A DNA stretch of 38,845 bases from a virus (taxonomy: Duplodnaviria; Caudoviricetes), in IMG/VR virus record IMGVR_UViG_3300016476_000935, positions 1 to 38,845 of that record. One strand, given 5' to 3'. Each line of letters begins with the position of its first letter. Position 1 is the first letter of the stretch. Positions 20,492-28,350 of the stretch are shown here, one piece after another. The notes under the pieces are model-generated. The model was given only the letters and a program-made list of their open reading frames with translations. It ran no database searches and was not told the DNA's origin. Made by a program: the position numbers and the translations under genes.

Positions 20492-20725
20492 TCATTGTTC
20501 TATCTCATCAAACCAATCACAATTGTTTACCCAGACAGGATCGTAACGGTACGGCCAATCGCACCATCCCATAAGAACTCCGTACTGTTCAAGTTTAATA
20601 GGCGCTTTTCTAAATTTTTCAGGGGTGACCGGCTCTATTTTTTTGCACTTAGAATAGGCGCTATCCGGTAAGCGCTCGCAATGTTTACAGAGATAGCAGT
20701 TTTTAAATTTGCTCATTAGTGACAT
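20492..20725 (-). CDS. Cys-rich hypothetical protein
   Basis: CYLCKHC and GWCDWPYRYDPVWVNNC; in minus-strand gene run. Confidence 0.7.
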   Translation of the reverse strand: MSLMSKFKNCYLCKHCERLPDSAYSKCKKIEPVTPEKFRKAPIKLEQYGVLMGWCDWPYRYDPVWVNNCDWFDEIEQ

Positions 20726-20909
20726 TGTTTAAGGGTGAATTAATTTCTTTGCGCCTGGCAGACTTGTATCTACGCTTTTGTTCTACCGAATAATTAAATT
20801 TAGTATGTGGGTGCATGTATCCAGTCACGAAATTGAGTGCTGTTTTGTTGTTCCAATACTGTACTCCATCTATTGTCACCCAAAATGATTCTTTATTTAT
20901 CGAACTCAT
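20703..20909 (-). CDS. Hypothetical protein
   Basis: ATG 20909 preferred over TTG 20927; overlaps both neighbours. Confidence 0.55.
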   Translation of the reverse strand: MSSINKESFWVTIDGVQYWNNKTALNFVTGYMHPHTKFNYSVEQKRRYKSARRKEINSPLNNVTNEQI

Positions 20910-21669
20910 ATAGCTTGTATTTTTCAATCGTTTGAATTAGTAAATTGGCATAATGTGGCGCCGTAGCATATCCGCAACGCTTAAGACCTTTAGCCCACTG
21001 CTTATAGCCTTTTGCGTGCTTTAGTCGCTTGTAGTTATCGCGCTGCAAGAAAAGCGAATGATCCCGGAACGACTGCCATACACTTTCGTACTTTCTAAAC
21101 TTTTCGCGGGGTGCATCATCATCAGCCCTCACAAATCCGACCGGCCCTTTGCCCTTGATACCAAATGCGTTATTTGCTTTTTTGAACAAACGAGAATTGC
21201 CCGCATTTGTTTCAACAATAGCCTGAGCTAACTTGATGCTTGCAGGTATGCCAAACTTTTCTTGCTCTTGTAAAGCTACTTTGTAATACTGCAAAACAAA
21301 AAGCTGTTTTTCATCAAGTGCGCTTTTAGATAACTTCATCCAATCAGGCCCTAATTTCGTTTTAGAGCGCTTTTTTGTTTCAGCCTTAGTATTTGATTGC
21401 TCAAACACTGAATGAGCATCCACAGAGGCATCTACGCTTAAAGGAAGCAGGCTCATTTGTTCAGCTTCAATCGCTTGAGCTTCGATTTGTTCAGACCTTA
21501 CCGTACTATCATTTAACTTTATACTAATCTCAATCGAACTGTTTGGTAGCCAAATGATAATCAATATAAAAATGATTGTTAGTATTATTAGCCTTATTAG
21601 TAAATAGTTGGGCCCTTTGCGGACTTCAGTTATAACTGCATTTTTTAAGGTAATTAGTTCGTACTTCAT
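20893..21669 (-). CDS. Membrane-anchored GH73 glucosaminidase (FlgJ-like)
   Basis: GIPASIKLAQAIVET, NNAFGIK, FRKYES, GYATAPHYA; N-terminal TM LLIRLIILTIIFILIIIW. Confidence 0.9.
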   Translation of the reverse strand: MKYELITLKNAVITEVRKGPNYLLIRLIILTIIFILIIIWLPNSSIEISIKLNDSTVRSEQIEAQAIEAEQMSLLPLSVDASVDAHSVFEQSNTKAETKKRSKTKLGPDWMKLSKSALDEKQLFVLQYYKVALQEQEKFGIPASIKLAQAIVETNAGNSRLFKKANNAFGIKGKGPVGFVRADDDAPREKFRKYESVWQSFRDHSLFLQRDNYKRLKHAKGYKQWAKGLKRCGYATAPHYANLLIQTIEKYKLYEFDK

Positions 21670-21672
21670 AAT

Positions 21673-22332
21673 TTAAAACTTTATTGAATCAATTATTAAA
21701 ATTGCGTTTGCGTAACTTCCGTAATCGTCGCCGTATTTATCTTTTACGGCTTGTTTAAATTGCTCAAATGTGCCTGAAAAGCATCCAGCATTTACAACAT
21801 TATTACCAATTGTGATAATTCTATTACTATTGCCGAATGGGCCAACGGTTAAGTACTTTCCGTTAAAATTTATTTTAGCATCCCCGAAAACCCGAGCATC
21901 CCCGAAAACCCGAGCATTTTCGTAAACCCGAGCATTTTCGCAAACCTGAGCGCCTCCGTAAATCTGAGCATCCCCGAAAACATGAGCGCCTCCGTAAACC
22001 TGAGCGCCTCTGTAAATCTGAGCACCCCCGAAAACATGAGCGCCTCCGTAAACCTGAGCGCCTCCGTAAATCTGAGCACCCCCGAAAACATGAGCATTTC
22101 CGCAAACCTGAGCGCCTCCGTAAATCTGAGCACCCCCGAAAACATGAGCATTTCCGCAAACCTGAGCATTTCCATGAACCCAAGCATTTCCGTATTGACT
22201 TAAGTTTCCTTCCTTTTCAATGTATCCGCCTAAGTCATTTTCATGTATATCAGCAAATGATTTTAAAGCGCGAATTTGATATAATGTGCGTCCGTTGACA
22301 TTTATACTTTTATTTGTTAGTTCGTATTTCAT
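21673..22332 (-). CDS. Hexapeptide-repeat (left-handed beta-helix) phage protein
   Basis: LYQIRALKSF...LGGYIEKEGNLSQ then many [VI]xGxAx repeats; AGCFSG near C-terminus. Confidence 0.88.
   Translation of the reverse strand: MKYELTNKSINVNGRTLYQIRALKSFADIHENDLGGYIEKEGNLSQYGNAWVHGNAQVCGNAHVFGGAQIYGGAQVCGNAHVFGGAQIYGGAQVYGGAHVFGGAQIYRGAQVYGGAHVFGDAQIYGGAQVCENARVYENARVFGDARVFGDAKINFNGKYLTVGPFGNSNRIITIGNNVVNAGCFSGTFEQFKQAVKDKYGDDYGSYANAILIIDSIKF
21876..22190. repeat. 18-bp tandem repeat array with 54-bp higher-order units
   Basis: Recurring TGAGCGCCTCCGTAAA and GAGCA.CCCCGAAAAC units. Confidence 0.9.
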
Positions 22333-22333
22333 T

Positions 22334-22951
22334 TTATTCAGCGTTGTAATTACGTATTAAATTGATAGAGTTGTATGAAATTATTGCGACAAATGAGGCG
22401 CAAACGAAAGCAGCTGACCAGCGCAAAAGGTCATTATTTGCGCTTTCTAAGGCAGCGTAAAAGGTAAAGACGTGAAGCAGGCACGCGCCTAATTCAAGGT
22501 AAAGAACAGTGTTTAATGCGCTTGCGCTTGTATCTCCTTTTTGCTTATTGCGTGCAACGATGGAGGCACCAAATAGAAAAAGCCCAAACATACACCCAAG
22601 CGTAAAGCCAAACCATCCAGCAAACATAAATAGGCCGGAAATAGTTAGCGCAATGGACAAAAGCGTGACCGCAAAGGGCGCGTAAAACAAAAGCCCTGAT
22701 TCCGTTTTTTTGTCTTCGATTTGCGGCACAGTCGCAACTGTTAAAGAGTGTGTTTTTGCTGATCTGTTTACAACGCGCCTTTGTTTTGGTTGCGTCATTT
22801 TTGCGGCTCCAAAACGGCTTTCTAATTGCGCAATTTGCGAGGCTGTTAGTTCGTCATTTGCGCAATAGTTATTAATACCGATTGAGCGCAAACGATACGC
22901 AACAGCGCGTTGGTTCACTTTTGACGAATTAAGATACTCAAGGTGTGTCAT
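22334..22951 (-). CDS. Multi-pass membrane protein with soluble N-terminus
   Basis: About four hydrophobic segments in the C-terminal half. Confidence 0.7.
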   Translation of the reverse strand: MTHLEYLNSSKVNQRAVAYRLRSIGINNYCANDELTASQIAQLESRFGAAKMTQPKQRRVVNRSAKTHSLTVATVPQIEDKKTESGLLFYAPFAVTLLSIALTISGLFMFAGWFGFTLGCMFGLFLFGASIVARNKQKGDTSASALNTVLYLELGACLLHVFTFYAALESANNDLLRWSAAFVCASFVAIISYNSINLIRNYNAE

Positions 22952-23189
22952 TGATAAGTTGTTTGTATAAGTTGATAAAGTTTTTTAATGTCTTGACCGA
23001 ATGCCGGTGGTAGCCATTTGGCGTGAAAACCATCCCTAATTGGCTTTTTGTTTTAATATGCGGCTTTAAATCTTTGCGAGTTATGCCCTTTTCAAGACCT
23101 TTTAATTCAAGCTCTAAAAGCTCGGTGTAAAGTCTTTTTTTGAGCTTCATCACTGCCTCTTGTCTTTTTATTTTAAGCGTTTTGTCCAT
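22938..23189 (-). CDS. Basic hypothetical protein
   Basis: Lys-rich ORF overlapping both neighbours. Confidence 0.65.
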   Translation of the reverse strand: MDKTLKIKRQEAVMKLKKRLYTELLELELKGLEKGITRKDLKPHIKTKSQLGMVFTPNGYHRHSVKTLKNFINLYKQLINDTP

Positions 23190-23610
23190 TCGTTTGTTCT
23201 TGTCTTTTTTCCTCCTTTAGGTATGAAATATGTTGCCTTAGTTGTTCGTGTACACTTTGCGCACTTTGATAAATTAGCATTGCGGATCGGTACATGGATG
23301 CAGCTTGCATCTCTTCTTTGTGCAGGTCGTCAAGCGCTATTTGCGCATCCTTTTCAATTTGCGCAATGCTTAATTTTTCGTCGTTTTGTTTTGCGCCTTG
23401 AATAAACTTTGCCGTTTCTGATTTGCGTCTGTACTCCGAACTCAGCATATCACTATGCAGGTCACCTACTTCATTTGCGAAAAAGTATATCTCACAACTC
23501 AATCGCCTGGCAGCATTGATCAACGTTTCAATGTCGGTCGGTGCTAAATCGCGCTTACTTTGATACCAGGCTATAATTTGCCCGATTTTTTCGAGTGGTG
23601 CAGCTTCCAT
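23173..23610 (-). CDS. Helical hypothetical protein next to recombination genes
   Basis: Coiled-coil composition; adjacent to exonuclease. Confidence 0.7.
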   Translation of the reverse strand: MEAAPLEKIGQIIAWYQSKRDLAPTDIETLINAARRLSCEIYFFANEVGDLHSDMLSSEYRRKSETAKFIQGAKQNDEKLSIAQIEKDAQIALDDLHKEEMQAASMYRSAMLIYQSAQSVHEQLRQHISYLKEEKRQEQTNGQNA

Positions 23611-23611
23611 A

Positions 23612-24454
23612 TTAGAGATAGTTTATTCCGTTTTCGTTGTTAGCATTGATAAGGTAGAACTCCTGCGACATATCCCAAACAGCCTCATTGAACTCAGCTT
23701 CAAAACAGGCTCTTTTAAATTGTGAGATATAGTACCTAACCTGCTTTTCGGCATTGTCTAGGTCATTCTTGCTAAGGCAATGCGTTGATACTTCCAAATC
23801 GCCATCGACCGCAATTATAAAGCACTCTTTTGCCTTTACTGCTTGAGAATAGATAAACGCTTGCCAATCGTAGCGCATTTGGTAAATTGTTCGGGCGGCT
23901 TTTTGCGTCGTTGCGTCTGTCATGTTTTTAAGATCAACAATAAGACCATCGCCTAAACCATCTACAAAGCCCGTAAAAGGCACATCATCTATTGCAAGGC
24001 TAACACCTTGCTCTACATCTCCAACGCGATCCAAGACGTATCTGGCGGCCTTATTTGCCAATACTGCATCGGCACGACGTTTAGCCTCTTCAAAATCAGA
24101 GTAGGAAAGTATCTTAAAGCCTGTTTGCTGCTTAATAGACTCAAACAAACTTGCAACGGTAAACGATTCAATATCCTCACCGGTCGCACGCTTGTAAAAT
24201 TGCCGCAAATCCTCTTTACCTTGCTTGGTAGCTGCGTTCGCCTCCGGTGCTATCAAATAGCGCTGCAAAAACTGATCACGCTCAAATACAAGCGTGTGAA
24301 CAGCCGTTCCCATCGCCATCGCGGGCGTTTCTTTCCGCTCTTTTAGTTTGTAGCGGATAAAGGCAGCAGGAGAGATACTAAACTCTTTTAGGCTTGTGTA
24401 AGACAACGATACAAAACCATTTTTAAGGTCGTCAATTAATTGTGTTTTATCCAT
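23612..24454 (-). CDS. PD-(D/E)XK exonuclease (RecE/DUF3799-like)
   Basis: LSYTSLKEF..SPA, GTAVHTLVFE, GFVD...IVDLK, YDWQAFIY; start reassigned to 24454. Confidence 0.88.
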   Translation of the reverse strand: MDKTQLIDDLKNGFVSLSYTSLKEFSISPAAFIRYKLKERKETPAMAMGTAVHTLVFERDQFLQRYLIAPEANAATKQGKEDLRQFYKRATGEDIESFTVASLFESIKQQTGFKILSYSDFEEAKRRADAVLANKAARYVLDRVGDVEQGVSLAIDDVPFTGFVDGLGDGLIVDLKNMTDATTQKAARTIYQMRYDWQAFIYSQAVKAKECFIIAVDGDLEVSTHCLSKNDLDNAEKQVRYYISQFKRACFEAEFNEAVWDMSQEFYLINANNENGINYL

Positions 24455-25151
24455 TGGTAAGTTCTTTTTTCTTGTTAGTAAACGCATCCGCAAAGCGTTG
24501 AGCGTTGGGAGTAGATTTGTAAAGAGTGATAAGTTCGTCAATAGTTTGGGCCGCATTAATAGCCAAAAAAACATCCTCACCGGCTCCGACCGCCTCAACC
24601 GTTGCTCCATTGTATGCAGCTTGCTCTTCCTCGATGCTTAAACCGCTTAATTCGTCGCTAAATCCCTTTTTTAGGGCAAACGCTTCCGCTACCTTGCTAA
24701 TCATCTGAAAAGGCATCTGAGCGGCTTTTGTAAAGGTTTTTTGACCAGAGGCAACAGAAGGGTAAAACTCGACAAATACGGCCGTATGCGTGAACGGACA
24801 ACGAGTACCAGATATAAGTCTGTAAACTGTTGCTGTCGCTGTTTGTGGCAGCTTGTTTGCTTGCTTTAGTTGCGTCGCTGTTTGGTACGTTCCATCTGGC
24901 AACAAATTAAACTTAATGTCATCGCATCCTGCTAACTGGCCGGTTCTTGCTGCTTTAGATCTTAGTCCATCAATACCTACAATAGTTACATATCGATCGG
25001 GGTACTTTACCAGGTAGATCTCCTTTTTGAAGGGGGATAAGTTATGCTGTCTGCACGTTTGCGCAAATACGCTAACAATGGCAGGCGGTGTGCCCTCAGG
25101 TATTACACCAGCCTTTGCAAGCGTGTTAATCTCTGTTTGTGTTAATTGCAT
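24447..25151 (-). CDS. bet: ssDNA-annealing recombinase, Bet/RecT family
   Basis: LSPFKKEIYLVKY, IVGIDGLRSKAARTG, PFQMISKVAEAFALKKGF; start reassigned to 25151. Confidence 0.9.
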   Translation of the reverse strand: MQLTQTEINTLAKAGVIPEGTPPAIVSVFAQTCRQHNLSPFKKEIYLVKYPDRYVTIVGIDGLRSKAARTGQLAGCDDIKFNLLPDGTYQTATQLKQANKLPQTATATVYRLISGTRCPFTHTAVFVEFYPSVASGQKTFTKAAQMPFQMISKVAEAFALKKGFSDELSGLSIEEEQAAYNGATVEAVGAGEDVFLAINAAQTIDELITLYKSTPNAQRFADAFTNKKKELTNG

Positions 25152-25175
25152 AGATAAACGTTTAAGAGTGAGCCA

Positions 25176-25183
25176 CAAAGGTA
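25176..25183 (-). promoter_or_regulatory. Leftward Bacteroidota -7 element
   Basis: CAAAGGTA reads TACCTTTG on minus strand, upstream of bet. Confidence 0.7.
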
Positions 25184-25232
25184 CACTGTTTTTTGAATTG
25201 AAAAAATAATTTTAAAAAATTGTAAAAATAAT

Positions 25233-25264
25233 TTTGATATTTGAGAATGATAGAATTACCTTTG
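25233..25264 (+). promoter_or_regulatory. Rightward Bacteroidota promoter
   Basis: TTTG-N20-TACCTTTG. Confidence 0.8.
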
Positions 25265-25304
25265 TTTCACAATTCACAACAATCACATTTAAAAATTTAG
25301 CATT

Positions 25305-25619
25305 ATGAACACATCAGCACAAATCGCAACAACAATCCTTAATCAATTAGGTGGAAGACAGTTTGTAGTTATGACAGGAGCTAAAAACATGACTCATGGT
25401 AATAACTCGCTTTACTTAAGATTCCCAGGTGTAAAAGCGGCTAACCACCTTACAGTAGAGCTTAACGGATCCGATCTTTATAACGTTACATTTACTAAAA
25501 TACATGGATCAAGCGTTAAGGTAGTTAAACAATATTCCGATATTTACGCAGAAGATTTAAGAGGTTTGTTTGAGCGTTTTACAGGATTGCGGACAAGTCT
25601 AACACACGTATTTGCCTAA
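25305..25619 (+). CDS. Conserved phage hypothetical protein
   Basis: ILNQLGGRQFVVMTGAK...DLYNVTF...FERFTGL; first gene after promoter. Confidence 0.8.
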   Translation: MNTSAQIATTILNQLGGRQFVVMTGAKNMTHGNNSLYLRFPGVKAANHLTVELNGSDLYNVTFTKIHGSSVKVVKQYSDIYAEDLRGLFERFTGLRTSLTHVFA

Positions 25620-25624
25620 TTAAT

Positions 25625-25651
25625 AAGGGCCCGGTGTAAAATCCGGGCCTT
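25625..25651 (+). terminator. GC-rich hairpin (terminator or processing site)
   Basis: GGCCCGG/CCGGGCC stem, weak T tail. Confidence 0.5.
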
Positions 25652-25663
25652 AAATTAAATACA

Positions 25664-25762
25664 ATGCTCTACATTATTGAAAAGCTGCTAATTTTGGCTG
25701 CAATAATTTACCTAATTTATTTGTATGTCAGAACAACCAAAAACACCGATAGAATGGTTTGA
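25664..25762 (+). CDS. 32-aa TM peptide (absent from ORF track)
   Basis: MLYIIEKLLILAAIIYLIYLYVRTTKNTDRMV after an A-rich leader. Confidence 0.5.
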   Translation: MLYIIEKLLILAAIIYLIYLYVRTTKNTDRMV

Positions 25763-25940
25763 AAGCGCTAATGGATATTATTGGCAGCAAAAAGCTATTG
25801 AAAATGCTAAAAAATTTGAGCGCAATCAAATTGAAACTTACACATCTTTAAAACTTGCAATTGGTTGCGCTTTTATTTGGAAAAACACTAATGAAGGCCA
25901 AGCGTATTGGCAAATAGTTCACGATAGTTTAAGTTATTAA
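25725..25940 (+). CDS. Hypothetical protein, paralog of 34448-34654
   Basis: GYYW...AFxW..T..G..YW. Confidence 0.75.
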   Translation: MSEQPKTPIEWFESANGYYWQQKAIENAKKFERNQIETYTSLKLAIGCAFIWKNTNEGQAYWQIVHDSLSY

Positions 25941-25943
25941 TTT

Positions 25944-26240
25944 ATGCAAAGCAACGCAAAGCAACTTAACATGGATTTGTACAAGCTCACTATCAAGGCC
26001 ATGTACCGAACAGGCCGCGAAGAGCAAAAGACATACGTTTACACATCTTTCGTAGATGCGACCTTGAATCTGCAACGTTGGGCCGATGCTCAAAAGTATG
26101 CTGAACGGGAGATGCAAGAAGCGGATCAGTTTAGTATCCGGTTTAAGGATCAGATGGCAAACCTTTACATTGCCAATATTGAACACCTGCCTTTAAACGT
26201 CATTATAGACGAATTTTTTACACATGGCTTACCTTTTTAG
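25944..26240 (+). CDS. Hypothetical protein
   Basis: 98-aa ORF in tight gene run. Confidence 0.65.
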   Translation: MQSNAKQLNMDLYKLTIKAMYRTGREEQKTYVYTSFVDATLNLQRWADAQKYAEREMQEADQFSIRFKDQMANLYIANIEHLPLNVIIDEFFTHGLPF

Positions 26241-26829
26241 CCTTATCATCATCACTAACTTAGACCCAATTATGTTCCCATTTAAGAAAAAAGAAAAGAA
26301 GTTATACACTGCCGAGTATGACAAAACAAGCATTGAGGAAGTGTTTTCAATGTTTAATACTAAGCCTGATTTAATTGTAAAATATGAAGCCGGATGCAAT
26401 AAAAGTATGATTATATCATCGACAACCGATATAAGAGGCGTTCTTAGATCATTGGTTAGAGAGCTTTATAAGTATACTCAATATTATAAAGACGCGTACG
26501 CAGCAAATATGGCAATGGTTGATATTATTGAACTTTGTCAAGGCATGAGGGGTAATTCATATGAACGAGAGTATAAGTTTGCGCAAAAATCATTTTACAG
26601 TCCAATAATTGATGAAGATTTTGACGAAATAGATGATTGCGGCAACAGACTTACTCCTGTTGTATTGGTAAAAGACAAAGAAAACAATCTTTATCTAATA
26701 CCAAAAGAAGCAGAACACGAGTTTAATTATTTATTAGAAAATGATCCTGATTTAATTATAAATCGTTTTATGCTTTACAGTTTTGACGACATCAATAAGG
26801 TTAATTTGTACTTTAGGCCCATTTTTTAA
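26224..26829 (+). CDS. Hypothetical protein (start may be 26272)
   Basis: Long ORF with no recognised motif. Confidence 0.65.
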   Translation: MAYLFSLIIITNLDPIMFPFKKKEKKLYTAEYDKTSIEEVFSMFNTKPDLIVKYEAGCNKSMIISSTTDIRGVLRSLVRELYKYTQYYKDAYAANMAMVDIIELCQGMRGNSYEREYKFAQKSFYSPIIDEDFDEIDDCGNRLTPVVLVKDKENNLYLIPKEAEHEFNYLLENDPDLIINRFMLYSFDDINKVNLYFRPIF

Positions 26830-26830
26830 A

Positions 26831-26944
26831 ATGCAAAAACTAATTGAGTTTATCAACAAGTATTACCTGCGAATACTCATTATTTGTGCAATTGTCCACA
26901 TTATTGGCATCATTTCATTAATTTTTTTGCACATTAATATGTAA
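26831..26944 (+). CDS. 37-aa TM peptide (absent from ORF track)
   Basis: MQKLIEFINKYYLRILIICAIVHIIGIISLIFLHINM, 1 nt after previous stop. Confidence 0.55.
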   Translation: MQKLIEFINKYYLRILIICAIVHIIGIISLIFLHINM

Positions 26945-26957
26945 ACGCTTATCTTTG
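26926..26957 (+). promoter_or_regulatory. Bacteroidota promoter of replication operon
   Basis: TTTG-N20-TATCTTTG. Confidence 0.8.
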
Positions 26958-27007
26958 CAAAGTCTTAGGACAACGGGTGCAACCGTTAAAACATAGTAAA
27001 TTCATAT

Positions 27008-27091
27008 ATGCCTTCGGGCGCTGTCGGGGTGAGCTATGCACTCCATTATTTCTACTTGTTGCACCAGGTAGGAAGCAGCGACCGAAGGCAT
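27008..27091 (+). ncRNA. c4/P4-CI-like cloverleaf regulatory RNA
   Basis: Outer stem 27008-27024/27075-27091 encloses two hairpins with loops AGCTATG and GTTGCACC, complementary to upstream CATAGT and GGTGCAAC. Confidence 0.7.
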
Positions 27092-27105
27092 TTTTATTTT
27101 GTTTT

Positions 27106-27424
27106 ATGAGAAAAATACCAACCCATTTACAAGTACCAGAACGTATATTTTTTTTTAAAAGACCTAACTTATTTGGAAAAACTTCTATTGGCTTATTTTT
27201 ATGCAAAAAATACAAATGAAGTAATTTTTATTTTTGATGTTGAAAAGTTAAGTGAATCGTTAGGCGAATCTGTTTTAAGTATTTGTCAGGCAATTAATAC
27301 TTTAGGTGATGATTGCAATGATTTTTTAAAGTATGAGTTTAATGCAAAATTGTCTTATTATGAAAAAGGGCAAGGTCTTGAAGTAATAATAAGTGTAAAT
27401 TATAAAAAAATACAGAACCTATGA
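27106..27424 (+). pseudogene. Probable HTH-type protein frameshifted at a T9 tract
   Basis: Removing one T from 27148-27156 gives a 105-aa ORF MRKIPTHLQVPERIFFLKDLTYLEKLLLAYF... Confidence 0.6.
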
Positions 27425-28347
27425 AAACGGCCGCTTTAAAATCTTTTCTTGGTAGAATAGTAAATTATCATCCAGACTTAGCGAGAATGCTAAAAAGCCC
27501 AACTGCTGCAATAATGCTAAGCCAGGGTATGTATTGGCAGATGCAAAACGAGGAAAAAGAAGGAATTAGTTATTTTTGGACTACTGGAGAGCAATGGTTA
27601 ATTCAAACAGGCTTGACTTTAGATCAGCAAAAGACAGCTAGAACTTTAATGTCAAAGCGCGGATTTTGGCTTGAGCAACTTAGGGGAGTCCCTGCAAGGT
27701 TGTATTTTTCAATAGATATTGAGGAGCTTTACAATCAAATGAATGATTTTTTAGAATCGGAAAAACAGGAAAAACCCAAAAACAAGAATACTGATTTTCC
27801 CAAAACAAGTATTGGGAAATCCCAGAAACTGGATAGTGTAAATTCCCAAAACTGTATAGTGGAAATCCCAGAAACTAAAGAAAAGATTACTACTAAGATT
27901 AATACTAAGATTACTAATAATAATAAGGAAAACAAAAAGTTTTCCGAGCCAAGTCAAGAAAATAAACAAGATGAATCTGAAAAGCCAAATAAGAATGAAT
28001 CGAACCAGGCCGACGCATTAAAAAAAGTTGCCATAAGCGCAAAAGACGCAGCGAAGGAGGTTGGGTACAAAACAGATTCGACTTTGGTAGAGGCTTTTCA
28101 AATGTACATTGACTATCGGAAGGAAATGAAGCTAAAGCCGTTCGCATCGGTTAAAAGCGCGGGGATAGCATTAAAGCAGCTGAAACGATTGAGCGAAGAC
28201 AGCCGTTGCGCTTCGCTTGAGATAGTGGAACAGACAATCGCGAACCTTTGGACTGGATTATTCCCGTTAAAGCGCGATAAAAGCCAGCAAAACGGAAAAA
28301 CGCATTATCAGCCAATCCCGGAGGAATACGGGCCGCAACCATTTTGA
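27421..28347 (+). CDS. Replication initiator (lambda O-like organisation)
   Basis: N-terminal PTAAIMLSQGMYW...TGLT..QQKTAR; repeat-rich linker; C-terminal YIDYRKE...EQTIANLWTGLF. Confidence 0.8.
   Translation: MKTAALKSFLGRIVNYHPDLARMLKSPTAAIMLSQGMYWQMQNEEKEGISYFWTTGEQWLIQTGLTLDQQKTARTLMSKRGFWLEQLRGVPARLYFSIDIEELYNQMNDFLESEKQEKPKNKNTDFPKTSIGKSQKLDSVNSQNCIVEIPETKEKITTKINTKITNNNKENKKFSEPSQENKQDESEKPNKNESNQADALKKVAISAKDAAKEVGYKTDSTLVEAFQMYIDYRKEMKLKPFASVKSAGIALKQLKRLSEDSRCASLEIVEQTIANLWTGLFPLKRDKSQQNGKTHYQPIPEEYGPQPF
27795..27925. repeat. Candidate replication origin (iterons plus AT-rich repeats)
   Basis: GGAAATCCCAGAAACT at 27815 and 27861; TTCCCAAAAC at 27797 and 27843; three AAGATTA-starting 12-mers at 27883-27918. 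Confidence 0.7.
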
Positions 28348-28350
28348 GAT

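Noticed and set aside
21870-22203. Alternative-frame ORFs, or a CRISPR/DGR array
   Set aside because: By-products of the 18-bp coding repeat; no unique spacers and no reverse transcriptase
26949-27105. ORFs starting at 26977 (+) and 26949-27215 (-)
   Set aside because: They cross the promoter and structured leader; ATG 27106 is the more plausible start
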